Shown in pieces: positions 23,425-38,455 of a stretch of DNA of 64,000 bases; position 1 is the stretch's first letter; each line of letters begins with the position of its first letter. Below the pieces are notes generated by a model. The model saw only the letters and a list, made by a program, of their open reading frames with translations, was not told the origin of the DNA and searched no databases. The position numbers and the translations under genes are program-made. The stretch is from Squalus acanthias (Eukaryota): NCBI GenBank assembly GCA_030390025.1, contig CM059431.1, forward strand, positions 148,306,001-148,370,000, given 5' to 3'.

Positions 23425-24688
23425 CATTTGTCAGGGGGAGATCATGTCTGACCAATTTGATTGAATTTTTCGAGGGGGTGACTAGGTGTGCGGATGAGGG
23501 TAGTGCAGTTGATGTGGTCTGCATGGACTTCAGTAAGGCTTTTGACAAAGTCCTGCATGGGAGACTGGTCAAGAAGTTAAAAGGCCATGGGATCCAGGGC
23601 AACTTGGCACATTGGATACAAAATTGGCTTAGTGGCAGGAGGCAGAGGGTGATGGTCGAAGGTTGTTTTTGTGACTAGAAGCCTGTGTCCAGTGGTGTAC
23701 CGCAGGGATCGGTGCTGGGTCCTTTGCTGTTTGTAGTGTACATTAATGATTTAGATATGAATGTAGGAGGTGTGATCAGTAAGTTTGCAGATGTCACGAA
23801 AATTTGTGGGGTGATAAATAGCGAGGAGGGAATCCTTAGGCTACAGGTCGATATAGACGTGCTGGTCAGATGGGCAGAACATGGCAAATGGAATTTAACA
23901 CTGAAAACTGTGAGGTGATGCATTTTGGGAGGACTAACAAGGCAAGGGAATATACAATAAATGGTAGGACCCTAGGAAGGACAGACGATCAGAGGGACCT
24001 TGGTGTGCATGTACATAGATCCCTGAAGGCAGCAGGACAGGAAGATACGGTGGTTAAAAAGACATATGTTATACATGCCTTCATTAGCCGAGGCATAGAA
24101 TAAAGAGGAGGGAGGTTATGATGGAGTTGTACAAAACGCTAGCTAGGCCACAGCTGGAATACTGTGTGCAGTTCTGGTCGCCACACTATAGGAAGGATGT
24201 GATTGCATTGGAGAGGGTGCAGAGGAGATTCACCAGGATGTTACCTGGGCTGGTGCCCTTCAGCTATGAAGAGAGACTGGGCAGGCTGGGTTGGTTTCCT
24301 TAGAGCAGAGAAGGCTGATGGGTGCCTGATTGAGGTGTACATAATTATGAGAGATATAGATAGGGTAGATAGAAAGGAACGTTTCCCCTTAATAGAGGGG
24401 TCAATAACCAGGGGGCATAGTTTCAAGGTAAGGTGCAGGAGGTTCAGAGGGGATTTGAGGAAAATCTTTTGCAACAAGAAGGTGGTTGTAATCTGGAACT
24501 CACTGCCTGAAAGAGTGGTAGAGGCAGGAACCCTCACAACATTCAAGAAGCATTTAGATGAGCACTTGAAATGCCAAAGCACACAAGGCTACGGACCAAG
24601 TACTGGAAAATGGGATTAGAATAGACAGGGATTGATGGCCGGAGCGGACCTCTTTCTGTGCTGTATAACACTATGACTCTATGATTCT
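23425..24688 (+). mobile_element. 5'-truncated CR1 LINE
   Basis: DFSKAFDKV, SGVPQGSVLGPLLF, KFADV, RPQLEYCVQFWSP; CTATGACT-type tail. Confidence 0.92.
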
Positions 24689-25679
24689 GATCCATGCCAC
24701 ATGCTGGACTGTTACTCCGCGCACCACTCACTGTAATACTGATATGCCTCGCACCACTCTCTGTTGCCACTGCCACTTTAATCCCATAGGCTTCAACTTT
24801 GGTAATATATGGTACTTTATCAAGCAACTTTTGAAAGGATAAGGAAATTGGGAAAGTGAGTGCAGTATCATTCACAAAACCATAGAATTGGTGAGACAAG
24901 TTGTGTTGACAATTTGTTTGGCGGACCATGACGACCCGCAATGATCACAGGCCTCGCCTGGTTTCAATCAGTGAATTTCAAAATCAGTGATTTTAATCCC
25001 ATTTTATTATTTATATTTATTTGTTCTCAGGATATGGGTGACGCTGTCAAGACCGGAATTACATTCCCATCCCTAGTTACCCATGAACAATTGCTGGGCC
25101 TTCATCTTGAGCAGCTGCAGTCCGTGTGGCGAATGTGTTACTGTTACCTAAGGAATTTCATGCTTTTGACACAGTGCCGATGAAGGAACGGCGATATATT
25201 TGAAGGCTAAATTAGCATAGTGATTATGTTGCTCGACAAGTAAATAAGATGCCGGGACGAATAATCCTGAGTTCAAATCCCACCAGCTGAGGACTTTAAA
25301 TACAATTCAGCAAACAAATCTGGAAAAAAGATTGCGTCAGTAGTGGTGACCATGAAACTGCCGGATTGTCGTAAAAACACATCTGGTTCACTATTGTCCT
25401 TTACGGAAGGACATCTGCCGTCCTTATATATTGTGTCCGAAATGTGACTCCAGACCCACAGCAATGTCGTTGTCTCTTCGCTGCCATCTGAAATGGCCGT
25501 ACAAGCCACTCAGTTGTATAAAGTGGCTCACCACCATCTTCTCCGGGACAATTATGGATGGGTAATAAATGGTGGACTTGCCAGCGACATCCAAATCTCA
25601 AGAATGAATAAAAAAAATGATTAATTAATGGTCATAATGATTTACAAAGGGTTATAATGTATTATTTTATTTTATTCGT

Positions 25680-27768
25680 TTATGAAATATGGGTGTCGCT
25701 GGCAAGGCCAGCATTTGTTGCCCATCCCTAATTGCCCTTGAGAAGGTGGTGGTGAGTCGCCTTCTTAAACCGCTGGAGTCCCTTGTGGTGAAGGTACTCT
25801 CACAGTGCTGTTAGGGAGGGAGTTCCAGGATTTTGACCAAGCGATGATGAAGGATCGGTGATATAATTCTAAGACAGGATGGTGGGTGACTTGGAGGGGA
25901 ACTTGGAGGTGGTGGTGTTCCCATGCGCCTGCTGCCCTTGTCCTTCTAGGTGGAAGAGGTTGCAAGTGGGAGGCGCTTCCGAAGAAGCCTTGGCGAGTTG
26001 CTGCAGTGCAGCTTGTAGATGGTACACTCTGCAGCCACGGTACGCCGGTGGTGGAGGGAGTGAATATTTAAGGTGATAGTTGGGATGCCAATCAATTGGG
26101 CTGCGTTGTCCTGGATGGTGTCACAGTATTCAAGTGGCTGGATCAGTTACGTTCCTGGTTTCTGGTGACCCCCAGGATGTAGATAGTGGGGGATTCGGCG
26201 ATGGTAATGCCACTGACTGTCAAGGGTCGATGGTTAGATTCTCGCTTGTTGGAGATAGTCATTGCCTGGAAATTATGCGGCGCAAATGTTAACTTCCACT
26301 TATCTGCCCAAGGCTGAACGTCCTCCAGATCTTGTTGCATGCGGGCATGGACTACTTCATTATCTGAGGAGTCGTGAATGGCACTGACCACTGTGCAGTC
26401 ATCAGCGAACATCCCCATTTCTGACCTTATGTTGGAGGGAAGGTCATTGATGAAGCAGCTGAAGATGGTTGGGCCTAGGACACTGCCCTGAGGAACTCCT
26501 ACAGAGATGTCCTGGGGCTGTGATGATTGACCTTCAACCAGAACAACCATCTTGCTTTTTGCTAGGTATGACTAAGGGTTATGAAGTTTTATTAATTATC
26601 GTAATGATTTATAAAGGGTTATAATGTTTTATTAATGTTCATAATGATTTATAAAGTGTGATGAAGTTTTGTTAATGATCATAGTGATTTATAAAGGGTT
26701 ATAAGTATATTTTTATTCGATTATGGGATGTGGGTGTCGCTTGCAAGGCCAGCATTTGTTGCCCATCCCTAACTGCCCTTGAGCAGGTGCTGGTGAGATA
26801 CCTTCTTGAAACGATGCAGTCCTGTGTGTTGAAGATACTCCCACAGTTCTGTTCGGATGGGAATGCCAAGATTTTGACCCAGCGATGATGAAGGATCGGT
26901 AATATAATTATAAGTCAGGATGGTGTGTGACTTGGAGGGTAACTTGGAGGTGGTGGTATTCCCATGCGCCTGCTACCCTTGTTCTTCTAGGTGGAAAAGT
27001 TTGCAAGACTGGGAGGTGCTGCCGAAGAAGCTTTGCCGAGTTGCTGCAGTAGATGGTACACGCAGCAGCCACGGTACGCTGGTGGTGGAGGGAGTGAATG
27101 TTTAAGATGGTGGATGGGGTGCCAATCAAACGAGTTGCTTTGTCCTGGATGGTGTCGAGCTTCTTGAGTGTTGATGGAGTTGCACTCATCCAGGCAAGTG
27201 GAGAATATACCCTCACACTCCTTACTTGTGCATTATGGATGGTAGAAAGGCTTTGGGGATTCAGGAAGTGAGATACTCGCCGCACAATATCTAGCTTCTG
27301 ACCTGCTCTTGTTGCCACAGTATTCATGTGGCTCGTCCAGTTAAGTTTATGTTTAATGGTGAGCCCCAGGCTGTTGATTGTGGGGGATTCGCCGATGGTA
27401 ATGCCATTGAATGTCAAGGAGCGGTGGTTAGACTCTCGCTTGTTGAATTTAGGCTATGCCTGACACTTCTGTGGGGCGAATGTTACCTGACACTTAACAG
27501 CTCAAGACTGAACGTCGTCCAGATCTTGTTGCATGCGGGCATGGACTGCTTTATTATCTGAGGAGTTGTGAAGAGCACTCAACACTTTGCAGTATTCAGC
27601 GAGCATCCGCATTTCTGACCTTATGTTGGAGGGAAGATCATTGATGAAGCAGCTGAATATCGTTGTGCCTAGTACACTGCCCCGAGGAACTCCTACAGCG
27701 ATGTCCTGGCGTTCTGATGATTGAACTTCAACCACCACAACCATCTTCCTTTGTGCGAGGTATGACGA
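25680..27768 (-). mobile_element. Two tandem 5'-truncated LINE fragments (25680-26573, 26718-27768)
   Basis: GVPQGSVLGPTIFSCFINDLP...FADD and LNWTSHMNTVATRAGQKL; both truncated at the same 5' position. Confidence 0.85.
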
Positions 27769-27774
27769 AGGGTT

Positions 27775-30700
27775 ATAAGAACATAAGAACATAAGAAATA
27801 GCAGCAGGAATAGGCCACTTGGCCTCTCGAGCCTGCTCCAACATTCAACAGGATCAGGGCTGATCTTGGGCTCAAAGCCACTTCCCAGCCCGCTCCCGAT
27901 AACCCTTCACTCCCTTATCTTGCAAAAATCTGTCTATCTCCACTTTAAATGTATTTAATGACTCAGCCTCCACAGCTCTCTGGGGCAGAGAATTCCACAG
28001 ATTTACGACCCTCTGAGAGAATAAATTCCTCCTCATCTCAGTTCTAAAAGGGCGACCCTTTATTCGGAGTCTGCGCCCCCGAATTCTAGATTTTCCATGA
28101 GGGGAAACATTCTCTCTGCATCTAACCTATCGAGCACCCTCAGAATCTCAAATGTTTCGATAAGATCACCTCTCATTCTTCTGAATTCCAATGAGTATAT
28201 GTCCAGCCTGCTCAACCTTTCCTCATAAGTCAAACCCCTCATCTCTGGAATTAACCTAGTGAATCGTCCCTGAACTGCCTCCAATGCAACTATATCCCTC
28301 CTTAAAAAAGGAGAACAAAACTGTACACAGTTCTCAATGTGTGGTCTCACCAATACTTTGTACAGTTGTAGCAGGACTTCCCTGCATTTATACTCCAACC
28401 CCTCTTGAAATTAAGGCCAACATTCAAATTGCCTTTTTGATTACTTGCTGTACCTGCATACTAACTTTTTGTGTTTCATGCACAAGGTCCCCCAAGTCCT
28501 TCTGAACTGCAGAATTTTGTAATCTATCTCCTTTTAAATAATTGATTGCTTTTCTATTTTTCCTGCCAAAGTGGATAACCTCGCATTTTCCCAACTTAAA
28601 CTCCATCTGCCAAATGTTTGCCCACTCACCTAGCCTGTTTATATCTCGTTGCAGATTCTATGAGTCCTCTTCAGAACTTGCTTTCCCACCCATCTTTGTA
28701 TCATCTGCAAATTTGGCAACATTACACTCGATCCCTTCATCCAATTCATTAATGTAGATTGTAAATAGTTGGGGCCGCAGCACCCATCCTTGTGGCACCC
28801 CACTAGTTATCGTTTGCCAACGAGAAAATGACCCATTTATCCCCACTCTCTGCTTTCTGTTTGTTAGCCAATTCTCTATCCATGCTAATATATTACCCCC
28901 AACTCCGTCACCTCTTATCTGATGCAGTAAACTTTTATGTGACACCTTATCGAATGCCTTCTGGAAATCCAAATGTACCACATCCACTGGCTCATCCTTG
29001 TCCACCCTGCTTGTTACATGCTCAAAGATCTCCAGCAAATTTGTTAAAATTGATTTACTTTTCCTAAAACCATGCTGACTCTGTTTGACTGCAGTATGTT
29101 TTTCTAATGCCCTGCTACTGCTTCCTTCATGAAGGACTCCAGCATTTTCCCAACGACAGATGTTAGGCTAACTGATCTATAGTTTCCTGCTTTCTGTCTC
29201 CCTCCTTTCTTAAACAGGGGTGTTACGTTAGCGGTTTTCCAATCCGCTGGGACCTCTCCAGAGTCCAAGGACTTTTGGTATATTCCAACCAATGCATCCA
29301 GTATCTCTGCAGCCACTTCTTTTAAGACCCTGGTGCAGGCCATCTGGTCCAGGGGACTTGTCGTCTTTTAGTCCCATTATTTTACTGAGTGTGATAGTGA
29401 TTTTCTTCAGTTTCCCACTCCCTGTGGCCCCTTGATTATCCATTATTGGGATGTTGTTGGTGTATTCTACAGTGAAGGCAGATGCAATATATTTGTTCAG
29501 AGTCTCTGCCATTTCACCGTTCCCCATTATTAATTCCCCAGTCTCATCCTCCAAGGGACCAACATTTATTTTAGCTACTCTCTTCCTTTTTATATACCTG
29601 TAGGAGCTCTTACTAACCGGTTAAATTATTCTTGCCTGCTTACTCTCATAATTCATCTTCTCTCTCTTTATTATTTTTTAAGTCATCCTTTGCTGGTTTT
29701 TAAAAATGTCCCAATCCTGTGCTCTCCCACCAATCTTGGCAACATTGTATGCCTTCATTTTCAATTTGATACCATCCTTTACTTCCTTAGTTAGCTGCTG
29801 ATGGTGGTCCCTTGTCTTAAAATCTTTCTTTCTCCCTGGAATATATTTTTCTTTAGAGTTATGAAATATCACCTTAAATGTCCGCCACTGCATTTCAACT
29901 TTCTTACCCTGTAATTTGTTTTTCCAGTCCACTTTAGCCAGTTCTGCCCTCATGCCATTATAATTGACTTTGTTTAAGATCAGGACATTTGTTTGGGATG
30001 CAACTTTCTCACCCTGCAACTGAATTTGAAATTCATCCATGCTGTGATCACTCTTTCCTAGATGATCCTTTACTATGAGATCATTTATAAATTCTCTCTC
30101 ATTACATAGTACCAGATCCAAGATAGCCTGCTCCCTGGTTGGTTCCATTACATACTGTTCTAGGTAAACATCCCGGATGCACTCTATTAACTCCTCCTCC
30201 AGGCTACCATGGCCAATTTGATGTGTCCAATCAATATGGAGATTAAAATCACCCATGAATATTACCGTACCACTTTTTTACAGGCCTCCATTATTTGTTG
30301 ATTTATACTCTGTCCAACAGCATTGCTACTGTTCGGGGGCCTTCAGACTACGCCCACCCCAGAGACGTGTTCCCCTTGTTATGTTTTACATCCACCCAAA
30401 CCGATTCTACATCTTGGTCTTCTGAGCCAATATCACTTCTCACCACTGCACTGATCCCATCTTTTACCAACAAAACCACCCCACCTCCCTTTCCTTTCTT
30501 TCTATCCTTCCGAATTATCATATACCCTGGAATATTCAGTTCCAAGCCCTGGTGGTCCTGCAACCATGTCTGTGTAATGGCGATCAGATCATACCCATGT
30601 GTATCTATTTGTGCCGTCAACTCATTTATCTTGTTACGAATGCTGCGTGCATTCAGATATAGAGCTTTCATCTTTGTCTTTTTACCATTTTTCCTTGTTT

Positions 30701-32022
30701 TGGCCTTTTTTTCTGTTACACTCTTATTCTTAATCATTCAGTCCCTTCCTGTCATATTCTGGTTATTATTTCACCCGTCTCCAGCCTGCTCTATTGCTTT
30801 CTCATTTCTCATTGACTTTTAATTTTCCTTCTCATCTGTATCCTCCCCAGTGCGGCCTCCACTATGTATTTTAAAGTCCTCTCTACAGCCTTAGTTATTC
30901 GATTTGCCAGGACACTAGCCCCAGCATAATGCCAGTGAAGCCCGTCCAAACGGAATAGCTCCCTCTTATCCCAGTACTGGTGCCAGCGCCCCACAAAACG
31001 AAACCCATTTCTCCCACACCAGTCTTTGAGACACTCGTTCATTTATCTGATCTTATTTACCCGATGCAAATTCGCTCGAGGCTCAGGTAGTAATCCAGAG
31101 ATTATTACCTTTGTGGTTCTGCTTTTTAATTTAACACCTCGCTGCTCATACTGTCCCAAAAATTAGTGCCGCTACGCGAGTGTACGCTGTGTGTACTCTC
31201 GCGTATTCTGTCTCCAATTGCCGATTTTCTGCATGCACTGCGCATGCGCTGAAAACCGGCACTTGGTGAATTCAAAAGGGGGCGGTTCCTAGGTGAACCG
31301 CGTGCGCGCTACAGGCTGCGCGCACGCAGTGCACTTAGAGCTTTGGACGCGCAGGTAAGCATGGAAGGTTTTAGACACAATTAAAGGAGGTGTAAGACCC
31401 TCTTTTAACAAGGTAAGTACTTAATTAAGTATTATTCTGATTTTTTTTTAACAGGTATATCTTTTAGAGACTTTAAAGACAGGTAAGTTTATTTTTATAA
31501 CTTTTTAATAGATTTTAAATTTTTTCAAAAATTTAATTTTTTCTTTAAAATGGTTAATTTATTTAACTATACTTATTTTATTAATGTGATGGGATTTTTT
31601 TTAAATTTAATTGAGGTTTAGCTGTTCTTTTGGGGGGGGTATAGTATTCATAGCTTTCACAGCCTGCTGTGAAAGCTATGAATGAAAGATAGTGTGCTGC
31701 CATTGGCTCTAACTGAGTCACGTGATCCCACAGCTCGCATGAATTAACTACGCCTGTGGGATACGAAAGCCCTGCACAGCTGCTGTCCAGAACATCACGT
31801 TCGTGCGAGCTCGGACTGAAAAAGCCAGCGCGCAGTGAGAGATCGCGGGAAGGCCTTACCCTCGCACGAAGGCTCACTCACTAATTTTTGGGCCACTATC
31901 TCAGCAGAACCACTTTCTTTGTCCTACCTATGTCTCATTGGTACCTCCGTGGACCATGAAAACTGGATCTTCCCCCTCCCACTCCAAGTTTCTCTCCAGT
32001 CCAGAGGAGATGTCATCACCTT
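27775..32022 (-). mobile_element. Long decayed CR1 LINE, paralogue of 13297-16650
   Basis: YLNARSIRNK, MGDFN, DFQKAFDKV, KFADDTK; (ACATAAGA)n tail at 27775-27797; interrupted by a MITE. Confidence 0.92.
31153..31894. mobile_element. MITE, PIF/Harbinger-like
   Basis: TIRs GTCCCAAAAATTAGTG / CACTAATTTTTGGGCC; ACT duplication (31150-31152, 31895-31897); absent from the paralogous CR1 copies; related to 56760-57523. Confidence 0.82.
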
Positions 32023-33029
32023 GCTTATGATGTTTTATGAATGGTCATAATGATTTATAAAGGGTTATGATGTTTTATTAATGGACATAATGATTTATAA
32101 AGGGTTATAATGATTTATTAGCGGTCATTATGAGTTAGAAAGGTTTATAATGTTTTCTTCATGGTCTTAATCATTTACAAAAGGTTATGGTGTTTAGTTA
32201 ATAGCCATAATGATTTATAAAGTGTTATGATGTTTTGTTAATGGTCATTAATGCTCGCCCTCGCTGCCCGCCCGTTCTCAGGGTAACCAGACCTCCCGCT
32301 GCCGCCGCCCTCCGGACTCTGGCCTTCCGCCGCCACTCCGCGGCCTCGCTTCTGGGAAAGGGGGAACCTCACTGGTGGCAATCGACCCAGGGGGAAGCCC
32401 CCGATAGAGAGAGAGATAGAGAGAGAGCGACAGACTCCATCTTTGTGCGGGGCGCCATTGCCGCCATCTTTGAACGGGGCCGCTCCCGCTTTTTTGCTCA
32501 TTGAGCGGCGCCGCCATCATTGTCTAGGACAGGGTTGCCGCCATCTTAGTGCGGGCGGGAGTTCCGCTGCTTTAGGAGGCGCGTTTGGGGTCGGCCATCT
32601 TTGTCTAGGGCACTGCTGCCTTTCCAGAGGGGCCTGACAGATGGTCGCGCCCAACGATCACTGCCTCCCCTCTCTCAGTGATGTCCCTCCCTGGGATGCT
32701 CAGCTCCAGGCTCTCTGTTGGATCAGTCTCGAGATATCAATTCCTGCTTCTGTCGTCCCAGTGTATTTAAATTAATCCACTTTCTTCCTGGAACAACTCT
32801 ACTGTCCTTCCAACAAGTGGCTTTTGTTTGGCTGGCAACAGCTCAGCTCTGTGCTGTTAGTGGAGATAAAAAATCTGGTATCACACTTAGTAGTAAAGCA
32901 CATTCTGTCAAATGATCAGCCACAGCTCAAAGGGCCCACAGCACACAGAATTTTACAGAACTAAGAGGGAAACACATCTCCCTCTGTCTATAATCTGTTT
33001 CTCACTCCGTGTTTGTCTGCTATAATCGA

Positions 33030-33530
33030 TCTCCCCACTGTCTCTGTCACACCCTCTCTCTTCCTATCGATATCTAATAATATCACATCCCTCTCTCTCC
33101 ATCGATCTCTCCTCTATGTCTGTCACCCCCTCTCTCTCCCTGTCTATATCTAATAATATCACATCGCTCTCTCTCCATCGATCTCTCATCTATGTCTGTC
33201 ACTCCCTCTCTCTCCTTGTCTATATCTAATAATATCACATCGCTCTCTCTCCATCGATCTCTCCTCTATGTCTGTCACTCCCTCTCTCTCCCTGTCTATA
33301 TCTAATAATATCACATCGCTCTCTCTCCATCGATCTCTCCTCTATGTCTGTCACTCCCTCTCTCTCCCTGTCTATATCTAATAATATCACATCGCTCTAT
33401 CTCCATCGATCTCTCCTCTATGTCTGTCACTCCCTCTCTCTCCCTGTCTATATCTAATAATATCACATCGCTCTCTCTCCATCGATCTCTCATCTATGTC
33501 TGTCACCCCCTTTCTCTCTCCCATCTATAT
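33030..33530. repeat. 76-bp tandem repeat (~6 copies)
   Basis: ATCGATCTCT recurs at 33101, 33177, 33253, 33329, 33405 and 33481. Confidence 0.9.
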
Positions 33531-33689
33531 CTCATAAGCTCCTCTCTATCTCCAACGTTCTCATCTCTATCTCCGTCACCACTCTCTCCCGATCGATATG
33601 TAAAAATCTCTCGTCTGGCTATCTGAATCTATCTCTCCTCTCTATTTCTGTGTCTCAGTCTCGACCTCAATCTCGGTCTTTGTCTGAAT

Positions 33690-36600
33690 CACTCTCTCTC
33701 AGTCTCTCACAGTCTCTCTCTGTCACTCTCTGTCATTTTCTGTCTCTTTGAAACTCCCTGTCTCACTCTATCTCCGTCTCTCTCACTCACTCTCTGCCAT
33801 TCTCAATCACTCTCTGTCTCTCTCACTCTATCTCCGCCTCTCTCACTCACTCTCTGGCATTCTCAATCACTCTCTGTCTCTCTCACTCTATCTCCGTCTT
33901 TCTCACTCACTCTCTGCCATTCTCAATCACTCTCTGTCTCTCTCACTCTATCTCCGTCTTTCTCACTCACTCTCTGCCATTCTTACTCACTCTCTGTCTC
34001 TCTCACTAACTCTATATGTCTCTCACTCAGGCTTTGTCTCTCTCACTCACTCTCTGTCTCTATCACTCACTCTCTTTCTCTCTCATTCACTCTCTGTCCC
34101 AGTCACACTCTGCTTCTCTCACTCACTCTTTTCCTCTCTAACTCACTCATTGCCTATCTCACTCACTCTCTGTCTCTGTCAATCACTCTCCGCTTCTCTC
34201 ATTCATACTCTGTCACTCTCTCTCAATCTCTGTCACTCTCAATCACTCTCTGTCTCTCTAACTTACTCTCTGTCTCTCTCACTCACTCTCTGTCTCTATT
34301 ACTCACTCTCTGCCTCTCTCATTCACTCTCTGTCCCATTCACTCTCTGCTTCTCTCACTCACTCTCTGCCTCTCTCACTCAATCTCTGTCTCTCTCACTC
34401 CCTCTCTGTTCTCTCACTCACTGTCTCTATTACTCACTCTCTGCCTCTCTCATTCACTCTCTGTCCCACTCACTCTCTGCCTCTCTCACTCACTCTCTGC
34501 CTCTCTCACTCTATTTTGCCTCTCTCACTCACTCTCTGCCACTCTCACTCACTCTCTGTCTCACTCACTCGCTCTCTACCTCTCTCACTCAATCTCTGTC
34601 TCGCTCAGTCTCAGCCTATCTCACTCACTCTCTGCCTCTCTCACACACTGTCCTTCTCTTTCACTCACTTTGTCTCGCTCACGCACTCTCGGTCGCTTTC
34701 ATGCACTCTCTTTCACTATCACTCACTCTCTGTCTCTCTCACTCACTCTCTGCCTCTCCCACACACTGTCGTTCTCTTTCACTCACTCTCTGTCTCGCTC
34801 ACGCTCTCTCGGTCGCTTTCATGCACTCTCTTTCACTATCACTCATTCTCTGTCTCTCTCACTCACTCTCTACCTCCCTCACAAACTCTCTGTCTCTCGC
34901 ACACACTGTCGTTCTCCTTCATTCACTCTCTGTCTCGCTCACGCACTCTCTGTCTCGCTCTCGCATTCTCTTTCACTATCACTCACTCTCTGTCTCTCTC
35001 ACTCAATCGCTGCCTCTCTCCCTCACTCTCTGTTTCTGTCACTCACTCTCCGTCTCGCTCTCTGTCTCTGTTGGTCTGTTTCACAGCCCTAAGTCTCTGT
35101 TTATCACTCTCTCTCTGTCTTTATTTGTCTCTGCCTCTCACACTTTCACTGTTGTCTCCCTCTCTCTGTCTCTCTAGCTCTCACTGTCTCTCCCTCTCAC
35201 TGTCTCTCTTTCTCACTGTCTCTCTCTCTCACTGTCTCGCTCTGGATCTCTCTCTGTCTCTCGTCTCTGCCACTCTCTCTTTCAGCCTGGCGATCCCGCT
35301 GTCTTTCTCTCTGCGCCTCTCTCACTCGCTCACTGTCTCTATCACTCACTCTCTTTCTCTCTCATTCACTGTCTGTCCCACTCACTGTCTGCCTTTCTCA
35401 CGCACTCTCTGTCTATCTCACTCACTCTCTGTGTCTCTCACTCACTCTCTACCACTCTCACTCACACTCATACTCTCACACACTCTCTGTCTCTCTCACT
35501 CACTCTCTTTCTCTCTCATTCACCATCTGTCCCACTCACTCTCTGCCTCTCTCACTGACTCTCTGACTCTCTCACTCACTCTCTGTCTCTCTCACTCACC
35601 ATCTGTCCCACTCACTCTCTGCCTCTCTCACTCACTCTCTGACTCTCTCACTCACTCTCTGACTCTCTCACTCACTCTCTGACTCTCTCACTCATTATTT
35701 TCCTCTCTAACTAACTCACTGCCTATCTCACTCACACTCTGCCTCTCTCACTCGCTCTTTGCCTCTCTCACTCACTCTCTGTCTCTCTCACTCACTCTCT
35801 ACCACTCTCACTCACACTCATACTCTCACTCACTCTCTGTCTCTCTCACTCACTCTCTTTCTCTCTCATTCACTCTCTGTCCCACTCACTCTCTGCCTCT
35901 CTCACTCACTCTCTGCCACTCTCACTCACTCTCTGACTCTCTCACTCACTCTCTGACTCTCTCACTCATTATTTTCCTCTCTAACTAACTCACTGCCTAT
36001 CTCACTCACTCTCTGCCTCTCTCAGTCGCTCTTTGCCTCTCTCACTCACTCTCTGTCTCTCTCAATCACTCTCTGACTCTCTCACTCGCTCTTTGCCTCT
36101 CTCACTCACTCTCTGTCTCTCTCACTCAATCTCTGTCTCTCTCACGCACTCTCTTACTCTCTCAATCAATCTCTGTCCCTCTCACTTATTTTAGCTCTCT
36201 CACTCACTCTCTGTCTCTCTCACTCAATCTCTGTCTCGCTCACTCTCTGCCTGTCTCACATAATCTCTGTCTCGCTCACTCAATCTCTGTCTCTCTCACG
36301 CATTCTCTTACTCTCTCAATCAATCTCTGTATCTCTCACTCATTCTAGCTCTCTCACTCACTCTCTGTCTCTCTCACTCAATCTCTGTCTCGCTCACTCT
36401 CTGCCTGTCTCACTTAATCTCTGTCTCTCTCACTCAATCTCTGTCTCTCTCACGCACTCTCTTACTCTGTCAATCAATCTCTGTCTCTCTCACTCATTCT
36501 AGCTCACTCACTCACTCTTGTCTCTCTCACTCAATCTCTGTCTCGCTCAAACTCTGCCTGTCTCACTTAATCTCTGTCTCTCTCAGTCAATCTCTGTCTC

Positions 36601-37290
36601 TCACTCACACTGTGTCTCTCTCACTCACTCTCTGTCTCACTCAATCTCAGTCTCGCTCACTCTCTGCCTGTATCACTTAATCTCTGTCTCTCTCACTCAA
36701 CCTCCGTCTCTCTCACGCACTCTCTTACTCTGTCAATCAAACTCTGTCTCTCTCACTCATTCTAGCTCTCTCACTCACTCTCTGTCTCTCTCACTCACTC
36801 TCTGTCTCTCTCACTCACTCTCCACCACTCACACTCACTGTCTGTCGCTCTCACACACAGATGTTTTCTTCCACTCACTCTCTGTCTCGCTCTCGCACTC
36901 TCGGTCTCTCTCCGTGCCTCTCTCACTCTCTCTTTGCCACTGTCACGCACTCTCTGTCTCTCACACTCACTCTCTGTCTCTCTCACCCACTCTCTGCCTC
37001 TCTCACCCACTCTCGGTCTCTGTCACAAACGGTCATTCTCTTTCACTCACTCTGTCTCTCTATCTCTCTCACGCACTCTGTCTCTCTCAAGGAATCACTG
37101 CCTCTCTCACTCAATCTCTGCCTCTCTCACTCACTCTCAGTCTCCCTTATTCACTCTCTGCCTCTTTCACTCACTGTCAGTCTCTCTTACTCAATCTCTG
37201 CCTCTCTAACTCAATCTCTGTCTCTCTCACTCATTCTGTCTCTCTAATTCACTCTCTGACTCTCTCACGCACTCTCAGTCTCTCTCACTC
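33690..37290. repeat. Degenerate CT/CACT-rich low-complexity satellite
   Basis: CTCTCTCACTCACTCTCTGT-like units with higher-order repeats (60 bp x4 at ~33760-34000). Confidence 0.95.
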
Positions 37291-38455
37291 ACAGCCCCAC
37301 CCTCTCTAACCCCACCCAATCACTTCCACTCTAACCCCACCCAGCCCACCCACTATAACCCCGCCCAGCCACTCCCACTCTAACCTCAACCAGTCCCTTC
37401 CTCTCTAATCCCTCCCAGCCCCTTCCACTCTAACCCCACTCAGCCCCTCCCACTATAACTCTACCCAGTCCCTTCCTCTCTAATCCCTCCCAGTCCCTTT
37501 CACTCTAACCCCACCCAGCCCCTCCCACTCTAACACACCCAGCCCCTTCCACTCGAAACCCACCCAGCCCCTCCCACTTTAACCCCACCCAGCCTCTTCC
37601 AATCTAACCCACCCAGCCCCTTCCACTCGAACCCCACCCAGGCCCTTCCACTCTAACACACCCAGCCCCTTCCACTCTAACCCCATCCAGCTCCTCCCAC
37701 TCTAACCCACCCAGCCCCTCCCACTCTTACTAACGCAGCCCCTCCCAGTCTAACCCCACCCAGCCCCTTCCACTCTAACCCCGACCAGCCACTTCCACTC
37801 TAACCCTGCCCAGCCCCTTTCCGCTCTAACCCCACCCAGCCCATTCCACTATAACCCCGCCCAGCCCCTCCCACTCTAACCCCACCCAGCCCCTTCCACT
37901 CTAACCCCGACCAGCCACTTCCACTCTAACCCCGCCCAGCCCCTTTCCTCTCTAACCCAACCCAGCCCATTCCACCATAACCCCGACCAGCCACTTCCAC
38001 TCTAACCCCGCCCAGCCCCTTTCTGCTCTAACCCCACCCAGCCCATTCCACTATAAACCCGCCCAGCCCCACCCACTCTAACCCCACCCAGCCCCTTTCC
38101 GTTATAACCCCACCCAGCCCATTCCACTATAACCCCGCCCAGCCCCCCCACTCTAACCCTGCCCAGCCCCTTCCACTTTATCCCCATTCAGCCACTCCCA
38201 CTCTAACACTATGCAAACCCTCCCAATTTCCCCAACCAGCCCCTCCCACTCTCCCCCACACAGCCCCTCCCACTTAACACCACCTAGCCCTTCTCCCCAC
38301 ACCCTGTCCCTCCCACTCTACCCCAACCCTGCCCCTCGTACTATCACACCACCAAGGCCCTCCCACTCTGCCCCGCCCCTCCCACTCTCCCCCTCTCAGC
38401 CCCACCCACTTTTTCCCCACACTCAGCTCCTCCCACTCTCCCACACCCTGCCCAC
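37291..38455. repeat. C-rich ~24-bp minisatellite (CACTCTAACCCCACCCAGCCCCTT)n
   Basis: Visible tandem array; G-run-rich on the minus strand. Confidence 0.9.

Larger units (their letters stand above)
24690..32650 (-). repeat. Direct partial duplicate of the cassette at ~11370-17240 (no GPCR, no env)
   Basis: Same order: minisatellite stub, SINE (25208-25620), LINE fragments, CR1, AT-rich repeat, CpG element; similarity ends just after CCTGACAGATG. Confidence 0.9.

Noticed and set aside
33748..35682. 644-aa ORF and other S/L/H/T-rich ORFs at 33-42 kb
   Set aside because: Translations of CT-rich low-complexity DNA that lacks stop codons by composition.
37291..38455. Interstitial telomeric repeat
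   Set aside because: CTAACCC occurs only once per ~24-bp unit, with no (TTAGGG)n run.
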